36,412 bases of DNA, from NCBI GenBank assembly GCA_944324895.1, contig CALUYC010000066.1, positions 1-36,412 on the forward strand, in the 5' to 3' direction. Both the position numbers and the translations under genes were made by a program. How positions within the stretch are numbered: position 1 is the stretch's first letter; each line of letters starts with the position of its first letter. This DNA comes from Candidatus Gastranaerophilales bacterium (GTDB lineage: Bacteria > Cyanobacteriota > Vampirovibrionia > Gastranaerophilales > Gastranaerophilaceae). Shown piece after piece: positions 26,071-35,179 of the stretch. The notes beneath the pieces are model-generated. The model saw only the letters and a list, made by a program, of their open reading frames with translations, made no database searches and was not told the DNA's origin.

Positions 26071-26902
26071 AAACTTCTATTTTTACCCAATTATCAGGGA
26101 TAACGTCCTTGAAATTAATTTTTGCAGCCTTTGTGTACCAACGTGAGGGCGCAATTACAATGTTATTTAAATTTTCATTAAGCCAAGCACACCACCATGC
26201 AAAAGATGAGTTTGCTAAAATATTATGCTTAGCATGTCGCATTAAATACATGTCTTCCTCCCAAGAGGCAGATTTCGAAAAAATGTATTCATAACCTTTG
26301 GGCAGATACTCACAAGCCGCATCAATCTCGGGAGAAAATACAAAAAATTTAGGGTTATCTACTTTTGAACAAATATACTCAATGGCTTTTGTGTAATAGT
26401 CTTTATTGCAAACAAAATAAATTTTTCTGCATTGCGGATTGTTTACATAATCGCCAAGACGAATGCTTATACTAACTGAATTTGAACTCTTAATATCATT
26501 TAACATATTGGTATTTTGTAAGAAATCCGTATTTTTAAATTGAAAAATATTCTTAATATCATTTTTTATATGTGAAAAATACTTTTCGCTCTGCCAATAA
26601 CCATTCAAATAAGCACTGTGATTAATTTTTAATATTTCCGGATAAAAAATTTTCTTTTTATCTTTATACAAAGTTTTTTTAAAAAAATGTTTTTTATTTA
26701 AAATCGAACAATCTTGAAAATCAGCAAATTTAATATCTGTACTAAACTTTAAAAGTTCAAAATTTCTAAGCTTATCCGAGTTGTACGACGACGCATCAAG
26801 ATATAGTTCAAACCCTGTTTTTTTGGCAATCGCATAACCAACGGCGTACTGAAACATCTGATTACCAACGCCACCCATGAGTTTTACAATAATTTTATCC
26901 AT
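26063..26902 (-). CDS. Glycosyltransferase family 11 (alpha-1,2-fucosyltransferase-like)
   Basis: GGVGNQMFQYAVGYAIAKK and ISIRLGDYV motifs. ATG 26902 is preferred over TTG 26908. The 3' end overlaps the convergent GerMN gene by 8 nt. Confidence 0.85.
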   Translation of the reverse strand: MDKIIVKLMGGVGNQMFQYAVGYAIAKKTGFELYLDASSYNSDKLRNFELLKFSTDIKFADFQDCSILNKKHFFKKTLYKDKKKIFYPEILKINHSAYLNGYWQSEKYFSHIKNDIKNIFQFKNTDFLQNTNMLNDIKSSNSVSISIRLGDYVNNPQCRKIYFVCNKDYYTKAIEYICSKVDNPKFFVFSPEIDAACEYLPKGYEYIFSKSASWEEDMYLMRHAKHNILANSSFAWWCAWLNENLNNIVIAPSRWYTKAAKINFKDVIPDNWVKIEVSN

Positions 26903-26922
26903 AAACAAATTCTATCACAAAG

Positions 26923-27648
26923 TTATAAGGCGGAATTCATTTTAAACTCTAAAATTTTACTTTGTAGCTTTAATATGGCCTCATGTTTTGTAGAAACACC
27001 AAGTTTCCTGTATATATGGGACATATGCATCTTAACTGTGTCATTTGAAATATGCAATTTCATTGCAACATCTTTATACTGAGAAGATTCAGACATAACA
27101 CAAGCAACTTCAAGCTCTCTTTTTGTAAGATTAAATTGTTCACTTGGCGCTTTATCAAAATGGCAAGGATGTAGATTTTCACCCATTGTATTTAATACTC
27201 GAAAAACAAAACGATTTAACTTTGGATCAAAACTAGCGCCATATGCAATAACATCATCAATAGCAGCAACAATTTCTTCAAACGAATTTTCACATGAAAA
27301 GTAACTTGAAACACCTGCTTTTATGGCGCATAAAAAATCGTTTTCATCAATTTCATCTACAATTATAAACAACTTAATTAACGGATAATCCTGTTTAATT
27401 TTCTTTATCAAATCCTCGTTTTTTGCCACATCCCTAAAAGAATGTAATACTAAAATATTTGGATTAACTAATGAAATTTTTTGCAGATAATCACAATATT
27501 GTGCCTCGCCAATAACCATATATTTGCCGCAGGCGCGAATACAGTTTCTAAGTCTTGCCCTGTTAATTACATTATTATCTACTATAAAAATAGTCTTTTT
27601 ATCGCTAATACCTTTAAGTTTGGATACTTTTTCCACAGATGTAATCAT
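26923..27648 (-). CDS. LuxR-family regulator with a degenerate receiver domain
   Basis: C-terminal HTH LTKRELEVACVMSESSQYKDVAMKLHISNDTVKMHMSHIYRKLGV. The receiver-like N-terminus has IVDNN and ILVLHSF where the DD pair and phospho-Asp are expected. Confidence 0.8.
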   Translation of the reverse strand: MITSVEKVSKLKGISDKKTIFIVDNNVINRARLRNCIRACGKYMVIGEAQYCDYLQKISLVNPNILVLHSFRDVAKNEDLIKKIKQDYPLIKLFIIVDEIDENDFLCAIKAGVSSYFSCENSFEEIVAAIDDVIAYGASFDPKLNRFVFRVLNTMGENLHPCHFDKAPSEQFNLTKRELEVACVMSESSQYKDVAMKLHISNDTVKMHMSHIYRKLGVSTKHEAILKLQSKILEFKMNSAL

Positions 27649-27835
27649 ATAAATACCTTATACATGTAAATAATACTTATATGTAAATAAAATTTGTAGA
27701 TAAATAAATTTGCCAAATAATTATAAAAAATATAAATTTTATTTATATGATTAATAGAAAAAGCAGTCAAAATAGGGCATGGAAAGATTAATAAAACTTA
27801 ATATAATAAAAAACCACCTAACAGGTGATTAAATT

Positions 27836-27923
27836 AGGAGAAGGTGGGATTCGAACCCACGGTACGCTCGTCACGTACGACGGTTTTCAAGACCGCTCCG
27901 ATAAACCGCTCCGGCACTTCTCC
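27836..27923 (-). tRNA. tRNA-Ser (anticodon UGA), no CCA encoded
   Basis: Reverse complement is GGAGAAGTGCCGGAGCGGTTTATCGGAGCGGTCTTGAAAACCGTCGTACGTGACGAGCGTACCGTGGGTTCGAATCCCACCTTCTCC. Long variable arm; anticodon loop CTTGAAA. Confidence 0.88.
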
Positions 27924-27963
27924 GATAAATCTATAATATCAAATAATATTTCTTTGTAAAGTA

Positions 27964-28419
27964 CTATTTAGCAGCAGCACCTGACATATTTAATTTTTTA
28001 ACTACTTTGTCAGTAATATCTACGCCACCAAAATACATTATGCGGTAATCAACAACTGTATTTATTTTATTCTCGATTGCAACAGCTTTAATCGCATTTT
28101 CAATAGCAGCGTCTATTTCCATTTCTTTTTTCTCTTTAAACTTAGCATAAGCTTCTTGTTTAGCAGCAAAAGTTTTTGCAGTAGCTTCTTCAAAATTTTT
28201 CTTTTGAATGGGGGAATCAATTTTCTTGAATTCTTTTTCTTTATCTAATAAATATCTTTGCAATTCACTTGCTTTATCGTCTATTTCACTATTTGCAGCT
28301 TTAGCTTTTGAATAGTTTTCAATAATTTTTCTGTAATTTACCATGCCAATGGTATCGCAGAATGCAGGTGTTGCAAGCCCTAAAACAAGTGCAGTTGCAA
28401 GAATTTTCTTTAATTTCAT
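27964..28419 (-). CDS. OmpH/Skp-family periplasmic chaperone
   Basis: Signal peptide MKLKKILATALVLGLATPAFC, then a coiled-coil Lys/Glu-rich body (IGMVNYRKIIENYSKAKAANSEID...). GGAGGA RBS. Confidence 0.8.
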   Translation of the reverse strand: MKLKKILATALVLGLATPAFCDTIGMVNYRKIIENYSKAKAANSEIDDKASELQRYLLDKEKEFKKIDSPIQKKNFEEATAKTFAAKQEAYAKFKEKKEMEIDAAIENAIKAVAIENKINTVVDYRIMYFGGVDITDKVVKKLNMSGAAAK

Positions 28420-28489
28420 AAAAATCCTCCATATCTATGCTAGAATTATAACAAAGCAATTTGATTTAGTAAAGTAAAGGAAAAATATA

Positions 28490-29407
28490 GTGTTAATAGG
28501 AGAAAATTTACATATTATATCCAAAAACACAAAAGAGGCAATTTCAGAACGCGACAGCAATTACGTATTAGATAATATTAAAAAACAAATAAACAATGGC
28601 ATTAAGACTATAGATTTAAACATAGGTCCTGCAAAAGGCAAAACTCAAGGAGCTCTCAAGTGGTTGCTTGAACTTTTACAAAATGAATATAGTGTTAACT
28701 ATTCACTGGACACAACAAATATTGAAGAGATGAAAGAAGGTTTTTCCTGCCTTAAAAATCCTAAAGATGCATTCTTGAATTCAACTTCGGCAGATGAAGA
28801 AAAACTTAAAAACACAACCGAAATTATTGCAAAATATGATGCGAATTTAATAGCGCTTACTATGTGTGCTCAAACCGGAATACCCAAAACACCCGACGAG
28901 AGAATAGAGCTTGCTTTTAATATAATAGAAAATACAAACGCGCAAGGCATAGACAACTCTAAAGTATGGCTTGACCCTTTAATTTTACCTATTTGCGCTG
29001 CTCAAGAACAAGCTGTTGTATCACTGGATACAATAAGAATGCTAAAGGAAAGCTTTGACCCTGAAGTTAAAACACTTATAGGCTTGTCTAATATCTCGAA
29101 CGGTTGCCCAAAAGAGCTTAGAGCAGATATAAACAGGGTATTTTTAGCGCTTGCTTTGGGTTGCGGATTAGATGGTGCCATTGTTGATGCTTTTGACACA
29201 AAAACCATAGAGGTCTACAATGTTATAAAAACACAATCCGCAAAAAATGAAACAGACAGGTTATACTTGGAGTTATACAATTCTATGCTCAACTTTAATG
29301 ACATAGATGAAATAAAATATGACAAAAATGACGCACAACAACACAAAATAATAAGGTGTGCACAAATTCTTTTAAATCGTGAAATATATTCCCACAGTTT
29401 TGTATAA
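28490..29407 (+). CDS. Pterin-binding-domain methyltransferase (AcsE/MeTr / MetH pterin-module-like)
   Basis: LIGENLHI, DLNIGPA, SLDTTN, LNSTSA, LIALTM..TGIPK, DPLILP, IGLSNISNG and AIVDA strings occur in the order I recall for methyl-THF:corrinoid methyltransferases. GTG start. Confidence 0.7.
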   Translation: MLIGENLHIISKNTKEAISERDSNYVLDNIKKQINNGIKTIDLNIGPAKGKTQGALKWLLELLQNEYSVNYSLDTTNIEEMKEGFSCLKNPKDAFLNSTSADEEKLKNTTEIIAKYDANLIALTMCAQTGIPKTPDERIELAFNIIENTNAQGIDNSKVWLDPLILPICAAQEQAVVSLDTIRMLKESFDPEVKTLIGLSNISNGCPKELRADINRVFLALALGCGLDGAIVDAFDTKTIEVYNVIKTQSAKNETDRLYLELYNSMLNFNDIDEIKYDKNDAQQHKIIRCAQILLNREIYSHSFV

Positions 29408-29418
29408 GGCAAAATAAA

Positions 29419-30063
29419 ATGTCAAAAAATTACACAAAAAGAAACCCTAAAGAGTATAATAACGCAAGAGGCTTTTTCCAATGGCTGACTTGCAGAGTGG
29501 TATATGGAACATATTACAGAATAGCCTGTGGTTTAAAAATTACAGGCAAAAAAAATGTGCCTAAAGATAAATTTTTCATAGTTGCATCTAACCATGTCAG
29601 TGCCATAGACCCTTTCCTTGTTATTGATGCAATAGGACGACATACGGCATATATGGCAAAACAAGAGCTTTTCGAACAACCTATTGCAAGATTTTTCTTG
29701 AATTTATTGGGAGCATTTGCCGTAAACAGAGAAAAACTTGGGGTGTCAACAATTAAAACAGCACTTGGAATAAAACAAACAAACTGGGTTTTAGGGCTTT
29801 TCCCTCAAGGAACAAGGGAAGTAAACGGCAATATGGACAATATCACAAGGGGTTTTGCAGGGCTTGCAAAAACACTTAAATGCGACATTTTACCTGTTGG
29901 TATTGTTGGTGCAATAAAAAAAGAAAGAAAGCCTTTTGAAAGCCACATAAAAATAAACATAGGTGAACCCATACCATATATGGAAGATACTCACGAAATG
30001 ATAAAAATTTGGAAAGAAAAAATAGCGCAGTTAACCGCAGGAGAAATTAATGGAAAAGATTAA
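29419..30063 (+). CDS. plsC: 1-acyl-sn-glycerol-3-phosphate acyltransferase family protein
   Basis: NHVSAIDP (HX4D) and FPQGTR motifs. Confidence 0.88.
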   Translation: MSKNYTKRNPKEYNNARGFFQWLTCRVVYGTYYRIACGLKITGKKNVPKDKFFIVASNHVSAIDPFLVIDAIGRHTAYMAKQELFEQPIARFFLNLLGAFAVNREKLGVSTIKTALGIKQTNWVLGLFPQGTREVNGNMDNITRGFAGLAKTLKCDILPVGIVGAIKKERKPFESHIKINIGEPIPYMEDTHEMIKIWKEKIAQLTAGEINGKD

Positions 30064-30712
30064 CCACGCAAGGAAGTATGCAAAAGACTTTAATATTTTA
30101 ACAAGGCTGTATCAATACTATGCCCTGTACATCCTGTATATTCCAATTTTCAGTTTATTTTATAAATTTAAATGCCAAAGAAACAAAAATTTAGAGAAAA
30201 AACCATACATATTTGCTGCAAATCACATCTCATACTGTGACCCATTTTTAATGAATATGGTAACGGTGCGCCCACTTGCTTATATGGAAAAAAAAGAATT
30301 ATACGAAGTTAAGGGTAACTTTGGTAAATGGGTTGCAACAAATATATCTCGTCTTGGGGGTTTCTCTGTTAATCGCGAAAAGCTTGAAGTCTCAACAATT
30401 AAAACCTGTGTTGATGTATTTAAGGCAAACTTTAACTTGTGTATATTTCCGCAAGGTGGCATAAGAAAAAATAAAAAAATTGAAGAAGTCAACAAAGGCT
30501 TTGTTGTTATTGCAAAAATGGTAAAAGCAGACATTGTTCCCGTAGGCTTATCAGGGCTTGAAACCTACAGTTGGAACATTTTTAAGCGTCCGACGGTAAA
30601 CCTTAGAATGGGAACACCTATTTCATACGAATTGCCACATGAAGAAATTATAAAACAGTGGAAAAAACAAACTGCTGAACTAACCGGCTACAAGCTTGTA
30701 GAAACCGAATAA
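30050..30712 (+). CDS. Second lysophospholipid acyltransferase (PlsC-family paralogue)
   Basis: NHISYCDP (HX4D) and FPQGG motifs. Overlaps the previous gene by 14 nt. Confidence 0.85.
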   Translation: MEKINHARKYAKDFNILTRLYQYYALYILYIPIFSLFYKFKCQRNKNLEKKPYIFAANHISYCDPFLMNMVTVRPLAYMEKKELYEVKGNFGKWVATNISRLGGFSVNREKLEVSTIKTCVDVFKANFNLCIFPQGGIRKNKKIEEVNKGFVVIAKMVKADIVPVGLSGLETYSWNIFKRPTVNLRMGTPISYELPHEEIIKQWKKQTAELTGYKLVETE

Positions 30713-30779
30713 CTAGCAAAAAAAAATATTTTCACGTTTTAAACTCAACATAAATGAGTTTATTGGCCAAGCATTATAT

Positions 30780-32177
30780 ATGACAAATTTAATAACAAAT
30801 CCTGTAATTAACGGTTTATCGCACCTGAAAAATCCTGATGCAACATTGCCCACCTTTTTAATTGAAGCCTGCTGCACATCCGGCAGAACTTATCAAAGCT
30901 ATAAAAGAGGGGGGTCTCTTGAAGCAAAAGAAAGATTTAGAGAAGAAGCAACCTGTGCTTTTTTCTGGTTATGGGGCATAAAGGGATTAAATAAAATAGG
31001 AGATATAATCGGCGAAAAATTTTTTGATGTCTTAACAGACACAGGAAAAGACGAATTGCGCGATCCGAGTTATTTAATGTCAAACGGCGCAAAAATATTT
31101 AAATTTTCAAAAATTGTCTCAAGTGCAGTATTGTCTATGGTGTTGCTGGGCATTATTGTGCCCAAGGTAAACCACGCAATTACTGCAAAGGCACTAAACC
31201 AAAACAAAATACAAAAACCTCAAGAAAACTTGGATGAATTTATAATGAGTGCCAAGGGCAACAAAAACAAATACCAAGTTAATTTCAAAGGTAGCGAAAA
31301 ACTACTTAATGGAATTATGAAAGCTTCCTATAAACTTGAAAACGACAACAAATGGCGCCTGATTACAACCGATAGCGGTATGTTAGCAGGCAGAGTTTAT
31401 AACTCTCGCCACCCCGCCGAGCGTTTTGAATATACGTTCAGAGATATTCTCTCGGCCGTTTTTTACAACTTTACGACAGCATGGATAATAGCAGGACTAA
31501 ATAAACTCTTTAAAAAGACCGATGTTCACCCCAAAGTAGTGGATGAAATTTGCAAATATCTGCAAGATAAAAATTTGACGGGTAACCAACTCAGAGAAAG
31601 CATTGGAACAAAAATATCGGAAAATATAAAAAGAATAGACTTTGATGCTGATGGTACAATAAAACTCGACAAATTAATTCAAAGTTTGACTGATTTAGGG
31701 GCAAATGAAGAAATGCTGCGCAAGGCAACGCTTATGAGTCAACTTCAACCTAAATTAAGGGGCGAGAGCATACTGTCAAAAGCGCAAGTTGAAGATGTAT
31801 TTTCACAAAGTATATCATCAGACCCCATATTTCTTAAAAATACAATCAACGCTGCGACATATGGCAGAGCAACTAATCCGAAAAAATTTGTCTCGGCGCA
31901 AACTTGCCAAAGTATTAGAGAAAGCATTGATGATTTTATGCTTGAAATTGCCGATATAGCAAAAGATAAAAACATAAACGATTGTTTAAAAACAATTAAA
32001 AAGAATACACTAATAAGAACTGCCTTATTCCAAATTGCAGGACTTGCATTTAGTGCATTTGGACTTGCTATTTTAATTCCCAAACTACAAATTTTCTTAA
32101 GTCAAAAAATATACGGCAAACAATCTTTTAAAGACATAGCAACCGGTAATAAAAAAGACGGCAAAAAGCCGTCATAA
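30780..32177 (+). CDS. Hypothetical membrane protein, no family recognised
   Basis: 465-aa ORF with hydrophobic segments (ATCAFFWLWGI, IVSSAVLSMVLLGIIV, ILSAVFYNFTTAWIIAGL, ALFQIAGLAFSAFGLAILI). Codon usage looks like its neighbours. Confidence 0.6.
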   Translation: MTNLITNPVINGLSHLKNPDATLPTFLIEACCTSGRTYQSYKRGGSLEAKERFREEATCAFFWLWGIKGLNKIGDIIGEKFFDVLTDTGKDELRDPSYLMSNGAKIFKFSKIVSSAVLSMVLLGIIVPKVNHAITAKALNQNKIQKPQENLDEFIMSAKGNKNKYQVNFKGSEKLLNGIMKASYKLENDNKWRLITTDSGMLAGRVYNSRHPAERFEYTFRDILSAVFYNFTTAWIIAGLNKLFKKTDVHPKVVDEICKYLQDKNLTGNQLRESIGTKISENIKRIDFDADGTIKLDKLIQSLTDLGANEEMLRKATLMSQLQPKLRGESILSKAQVEDVFSQSISSDPIFLKNTINAATYGRATNPKKFVSAQTCQSIRESIDDFMLEIADIAKDKNINDCLKTIKKNTLIRTALFQIAGLAFSAFGLAILIPKLQIFLSQKIYGKQSFKDIATGNKKDGKKPS

Positions 32178-32192
32178 AATAAAAAATCAAAA

Positions 32193-32420
32193 CTACATTC
32201 TTGATTTTTTAACGTAATGTGCAATTACCATAAAGATAGACACAACTGCCGACAAACCTACAAGAAGATATACAATTCTTGAGATTAATGTGCCATCACC
32301 AAAAAGGAAGCTTACAAGGTTAAAATCAAAAGCACCGACTAAACCCCAGTTCAGGCCGCCAATGAGTAATAGCACATAAGCAATAGTGCCTAAAAAAGAA
32401 ATACAACCGCATTCAAACAT
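32193..32420 (-). CDS. DUF378 family small membrane protein
   Basis: LLIGGLNWGLVGAFDFNLV signature, 75 aa. Confidence 0.8.
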   Translation of the reverse strand: MFECGCISFLGTIAYVLLLIGGLNWGLVGAFDFNLVSFLFGDGTLISRIVYLLVGLSAVVSIFMVIAHYVKKSRM

Positions 32421-32581
32421 AATATTTTCCTCATCTAAATTCTACATTTTGATTATCAATATTAAATAAATTTAGAAAACGCCACGTATGGCAATTTTTG
32501 TGTCTAATAAAAATCTAGCCCGTAAGGGAATAATAAAAAACTAAAAATTTGAATAGAATTTCACATAATTACGGGGGATTT

Positions 32582-33397
32582 ATGGTAAAAAAAATAAAAT
32601 ATTTTGCAATAATATACAGCCTGATATTTTTTTGTGCACAAATTGCCTTTTGTGATGTAATCACAGGAAAGGTTAACCAAAACGAAACTTTGAAAAACAA
32701 AAATAAAATTGTAGATAGTTATACACAAAAACCCGTAACAGGTGCGGCAATCAGTATACCAAGTGTCGGCTTTAGAACAACGAGCGGCTCTGATGGTACT
32801 TTTGAACTAAATACACAAATAAACGAAACAGCAATATTGTCTGTACAAAAAGAAGGTTATAGGCCGTTTTCTCTGACAATAGATGAAAATATAGCGTCAA
32901 AACCACTAAAACTTGGCATTGAGAAAAGTAAAATAGGTGACGTTACAATTCAAAGTGATGTTTGCCATTTAGGTGATGACGTATATTCGGAAACTTCAGC
33001 AAACTCAATGGATTTTAAAGGCAAATCGGTAGGTTCATATTTTTCAAAAAAATTTAGTGCTCAAACCCTAAGGCCACATGAAGAAGCAGTTATAATAATT
33101 GGTTCTGTTATAGGTTTAGATACAAAAATGGCAAAAGAATTGGGTCAAAATCAAATCGCATACGTTTATTCAAGCCCTGCGGAGATATTTTTTAACGGTA
33201 ATAAAATAGGAGAACTGAATATAAACGGGGACAATCAGGAAATAGCCATACCAAGGCAACTTTTAAGGGAAAACAACGAACTGACAATAAAAACAGGCAG
33301 AAATCTATTTCAACATGCATATGTTGATTATGACGATATAGAAATAGCAGGCGTCAGGCTTGAAATAAAAGATAAAAACTCTTTTGCATACAAATAA
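32582..33397 (+). CDS. Secreted protein with carboxypeptidase-regulatory-like (Ig-like) domain
   Basis: ATG 32582 after GGGGGA. Signal peptide MVKKIKYFAIIYSLIFFCAQIAFC. ITGKV...KPVTGAAISIP....TTSGSDGTFEL...QKEGYRPF fits the CarboxypepD_reg pattern. Confidence 0.7.
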   Translation: MVKKIKYFAIIYSLIFFCAQIAFCDVITGKVNQNETLKNKNKIVDSYTQKPVTGAAISIPSVGFRTTSGSDGTFELNTQINETAILSVQKEGYRPFSLTIDENIASKPLKLGIEKSKIGDVTIQSDVCHLGDDVYSETSANSMDFKGKSVGSYFSKKFSAQTLRPHEEAVIIIGSVIGLDTKMAKELGQNQIAYVYSSPAEIFFNGNKIGELNINGDNQEIAIPRQLLRENNELTIKTGRNLFQHAYVDYDDIEIAGVRLEIKDKNSFAYK

Positions 33398-33433
33398 TTT
33401 TTGTTTTTAGGGATTTAATAGTATAATTTTTAT

Positions 33434-35179
33434 ATGATAAAGCCCAAAAAAGCAGTTGAGGGTATTTTACCTTACTCAACACCAAAATACGCACAAATAT
33501 GTAATTTAAAGTTGGATTCAAATGAAAATCCATACGGTGCTTCAAAAGAAGTTTTATATGCACTAAAAGAACTCACAAATGCTCAGATAAGCAGATATCC
33601 TCACTATGGTGAGCTTGTTGATAAATTGGCGCAAAAATTTAACTTAAAAGATGACGAAATTTTACCCACAAACGGAGCTGATGAGGCATTAAGCGTAATA
33701 ATTAACACATATTTAGACACAGATGAAGAACTTTTATGTTTTATGCCAACATTTTCTATGCCTAAATTATACGCAACAAGCTGCCATGGCAAATTTCGCT
33801 CTATAGATTATTATACAAAATGGGTTTTTGACGCAGATAAGTTAATAGAAAATATAGACGCTAAAACAAAAATTATATACATAACAAGCCCGAATAATCC
33901 AACAGGAGAGCTGGCAAATATTCAAGATATAGAAAAAATACTCTCAAATTTTCCACAAATTATTGTTTTGCTTGATGTAACATATATCAACTTTGCACAA
34001 AATCCTCCGGATTATTATAGTCTTATCAAAAAATATGAAAATATTTTTATTGTAAAATCTTTTTCAAAAGATATGGGGCTTGCAGGCTTAAGACTTGGAT
34101 GTGCTCTTAGTCAAAGTCAAAACATCGAACAGTGTAAAAAAATAATTTCACCATATTCCGTAAATGCCGCAGCGCTATACGCGGGACTTGCAACACTTGA
34201 TGATGTCGAGTGGGAAAAGTTTATAAAAGAACAAATAAACACATCGCGCAATGCGCTTATAGAAGGCCTAATTGAACTTGGTTTTAAACCATACAAAAGC
34301 CAAGGGAACTTTATCCTTTGCGATTTTAATCAATACTGCGACTTTATTGAGTGGAAATTACAATCAAAAGGCATTAAAGTAAGAAGCTTTAAAACATCAG
34401 ATATATTAAAAAATTGCCTAAGAATAACAACCCCTAAAGTACAAGATTTGAATTTATTTTTTGACGCTCTAATAACTAAAGACATGCTGGTATTTGACCT
34501 TGACGGGGTTGTGTTTGATGTATCAAACTCATACAGGCTGGCAATAAAAGAAACATTTAAGCACTTTTCACAAAAAGAGTTGCAAGATGATGAAATACAA
34601 AAAGCAAAAGAGCTTGGCGGACTTAATTGCGATTGGGATTTAACAAAATATTTGCTAGATAAACATGGATTTAATGTTGAATTAGAAAAAGTAATCGAGG
34701 TTTTTCAAAAAATGTTTTTCGACCCGCAAAAAGAAGGTTCAAAGGGAATAATAGATAATGAAAAACTTGTAGTTTCCCCCGAAACATTCGAAAAATTGTC
34801 TGAAAAATACGACTTTTGCGCATTTACAGGCAGACCAAGATCAGAAGCCATATATTCGCTTGAAAAATTTGGAATATTAAAATATTTTTGCAAAATAATT
34901 TCTCAGGATGATATACAAAAAAACGAGAGAAAGCCTCATCCTGAAGGGTTAAACAGAATTAAAAGAGAAACAATATATAATAAAATTTATTATTTCGGCG
35001 ATACCGTTGACGACATATATTCTGCGGTTGCAAGCACAACACAAGTATACGGAGTTGCCAAAAAAAGCTCCAAAAGTGCTTTAATTCTCACAGAAGCCGG
35101 TGCACAAGACATTATAGAAGATATGTCAAAATTAGATGAATTTTTAAAAGCAAAGGAAAACACATATGCAAATAGTTGA
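33434..35179 (+). CDS. hisC: Histidinol-phosphate aminotransferase fused to a C-terminal HAD-superfamily phosphatase domain
   Basis: HisC motifs are LDSNENPYG, NGADEAL, SPNNPTG and KSFSKDMGLAGLRLG. From residue 351 the HAD motifs are FDLDGVV (I), FTGR (II), RKPHP (III) and FGDTVDD (IV). One uninterrupted frame. Confidence 0.85.
   Translation: MIKPKKAVEGILPYSTPKYAQICNLKLDSNENPYGASKEVLYALKELTNAQISRYPHYGELVDKLAQKFNLKDDEILPTNGADEALSVIINTYLDTDEELLCFMPTFSMPKLYATSCHGKFRSIDYYTKWVFDADKLIENIDAKTKIIYITSPNNPTGELANIQDIEKILSNFPQIIVLLDVTYINFAQNPPDYYSLIKKYENIFIVKSFSKDMGLAGLRLGCALSQSQNIEQCKKIISPYSVNAAALYAGLATLDDVEWEKFIKEQINTSRNALIEGLIELGFKPYKSQGNFILCDFNQYCDFIEWKLQSKGIKVRSFKTSDILKNCLRITTPKVQDLNLFFDALITKDMLVFDLDGVVFDVSNSYRLAIKETFKHFSQKELQDDEIQKAKELGGLNCDWDLTKYLLDKHGFNVELEKVIEVFQKMFFDPQKEGSKGIIDNEKLVVSPETFEKLSEKYDFCAFTGRPRSEAIYSLEKFGILKYFCKIISQDDIQKNERKPHPEGLNRIKRETIYNKIYYFGDTVDDIYSAVASTTQVYGVAKKSSKSALILTEAGAQDIIEDMSKLDEFLKAKENTYANS

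Noticed and set aside
26600-26720. A/T homopolymer runs inside the GT11 gene as phase-variation tracts, as in Helicobacter futC
   Set aside because: The runs are only about 7 nt and are expected by chance in AT-rich DNA. The frame is intact and there is no poly-C/G or heptad slippery motif.
33398-33433. TATAAT box only about 7 nt before the hisC-fusion ATG, with no SD (possible leaderless mRNA)
   Set aside because: A single hexamer in AT-rich DNA is weak evidence. Read-through from the upstream co-directional gene is equally likely and cannot be decided without transcription start data.
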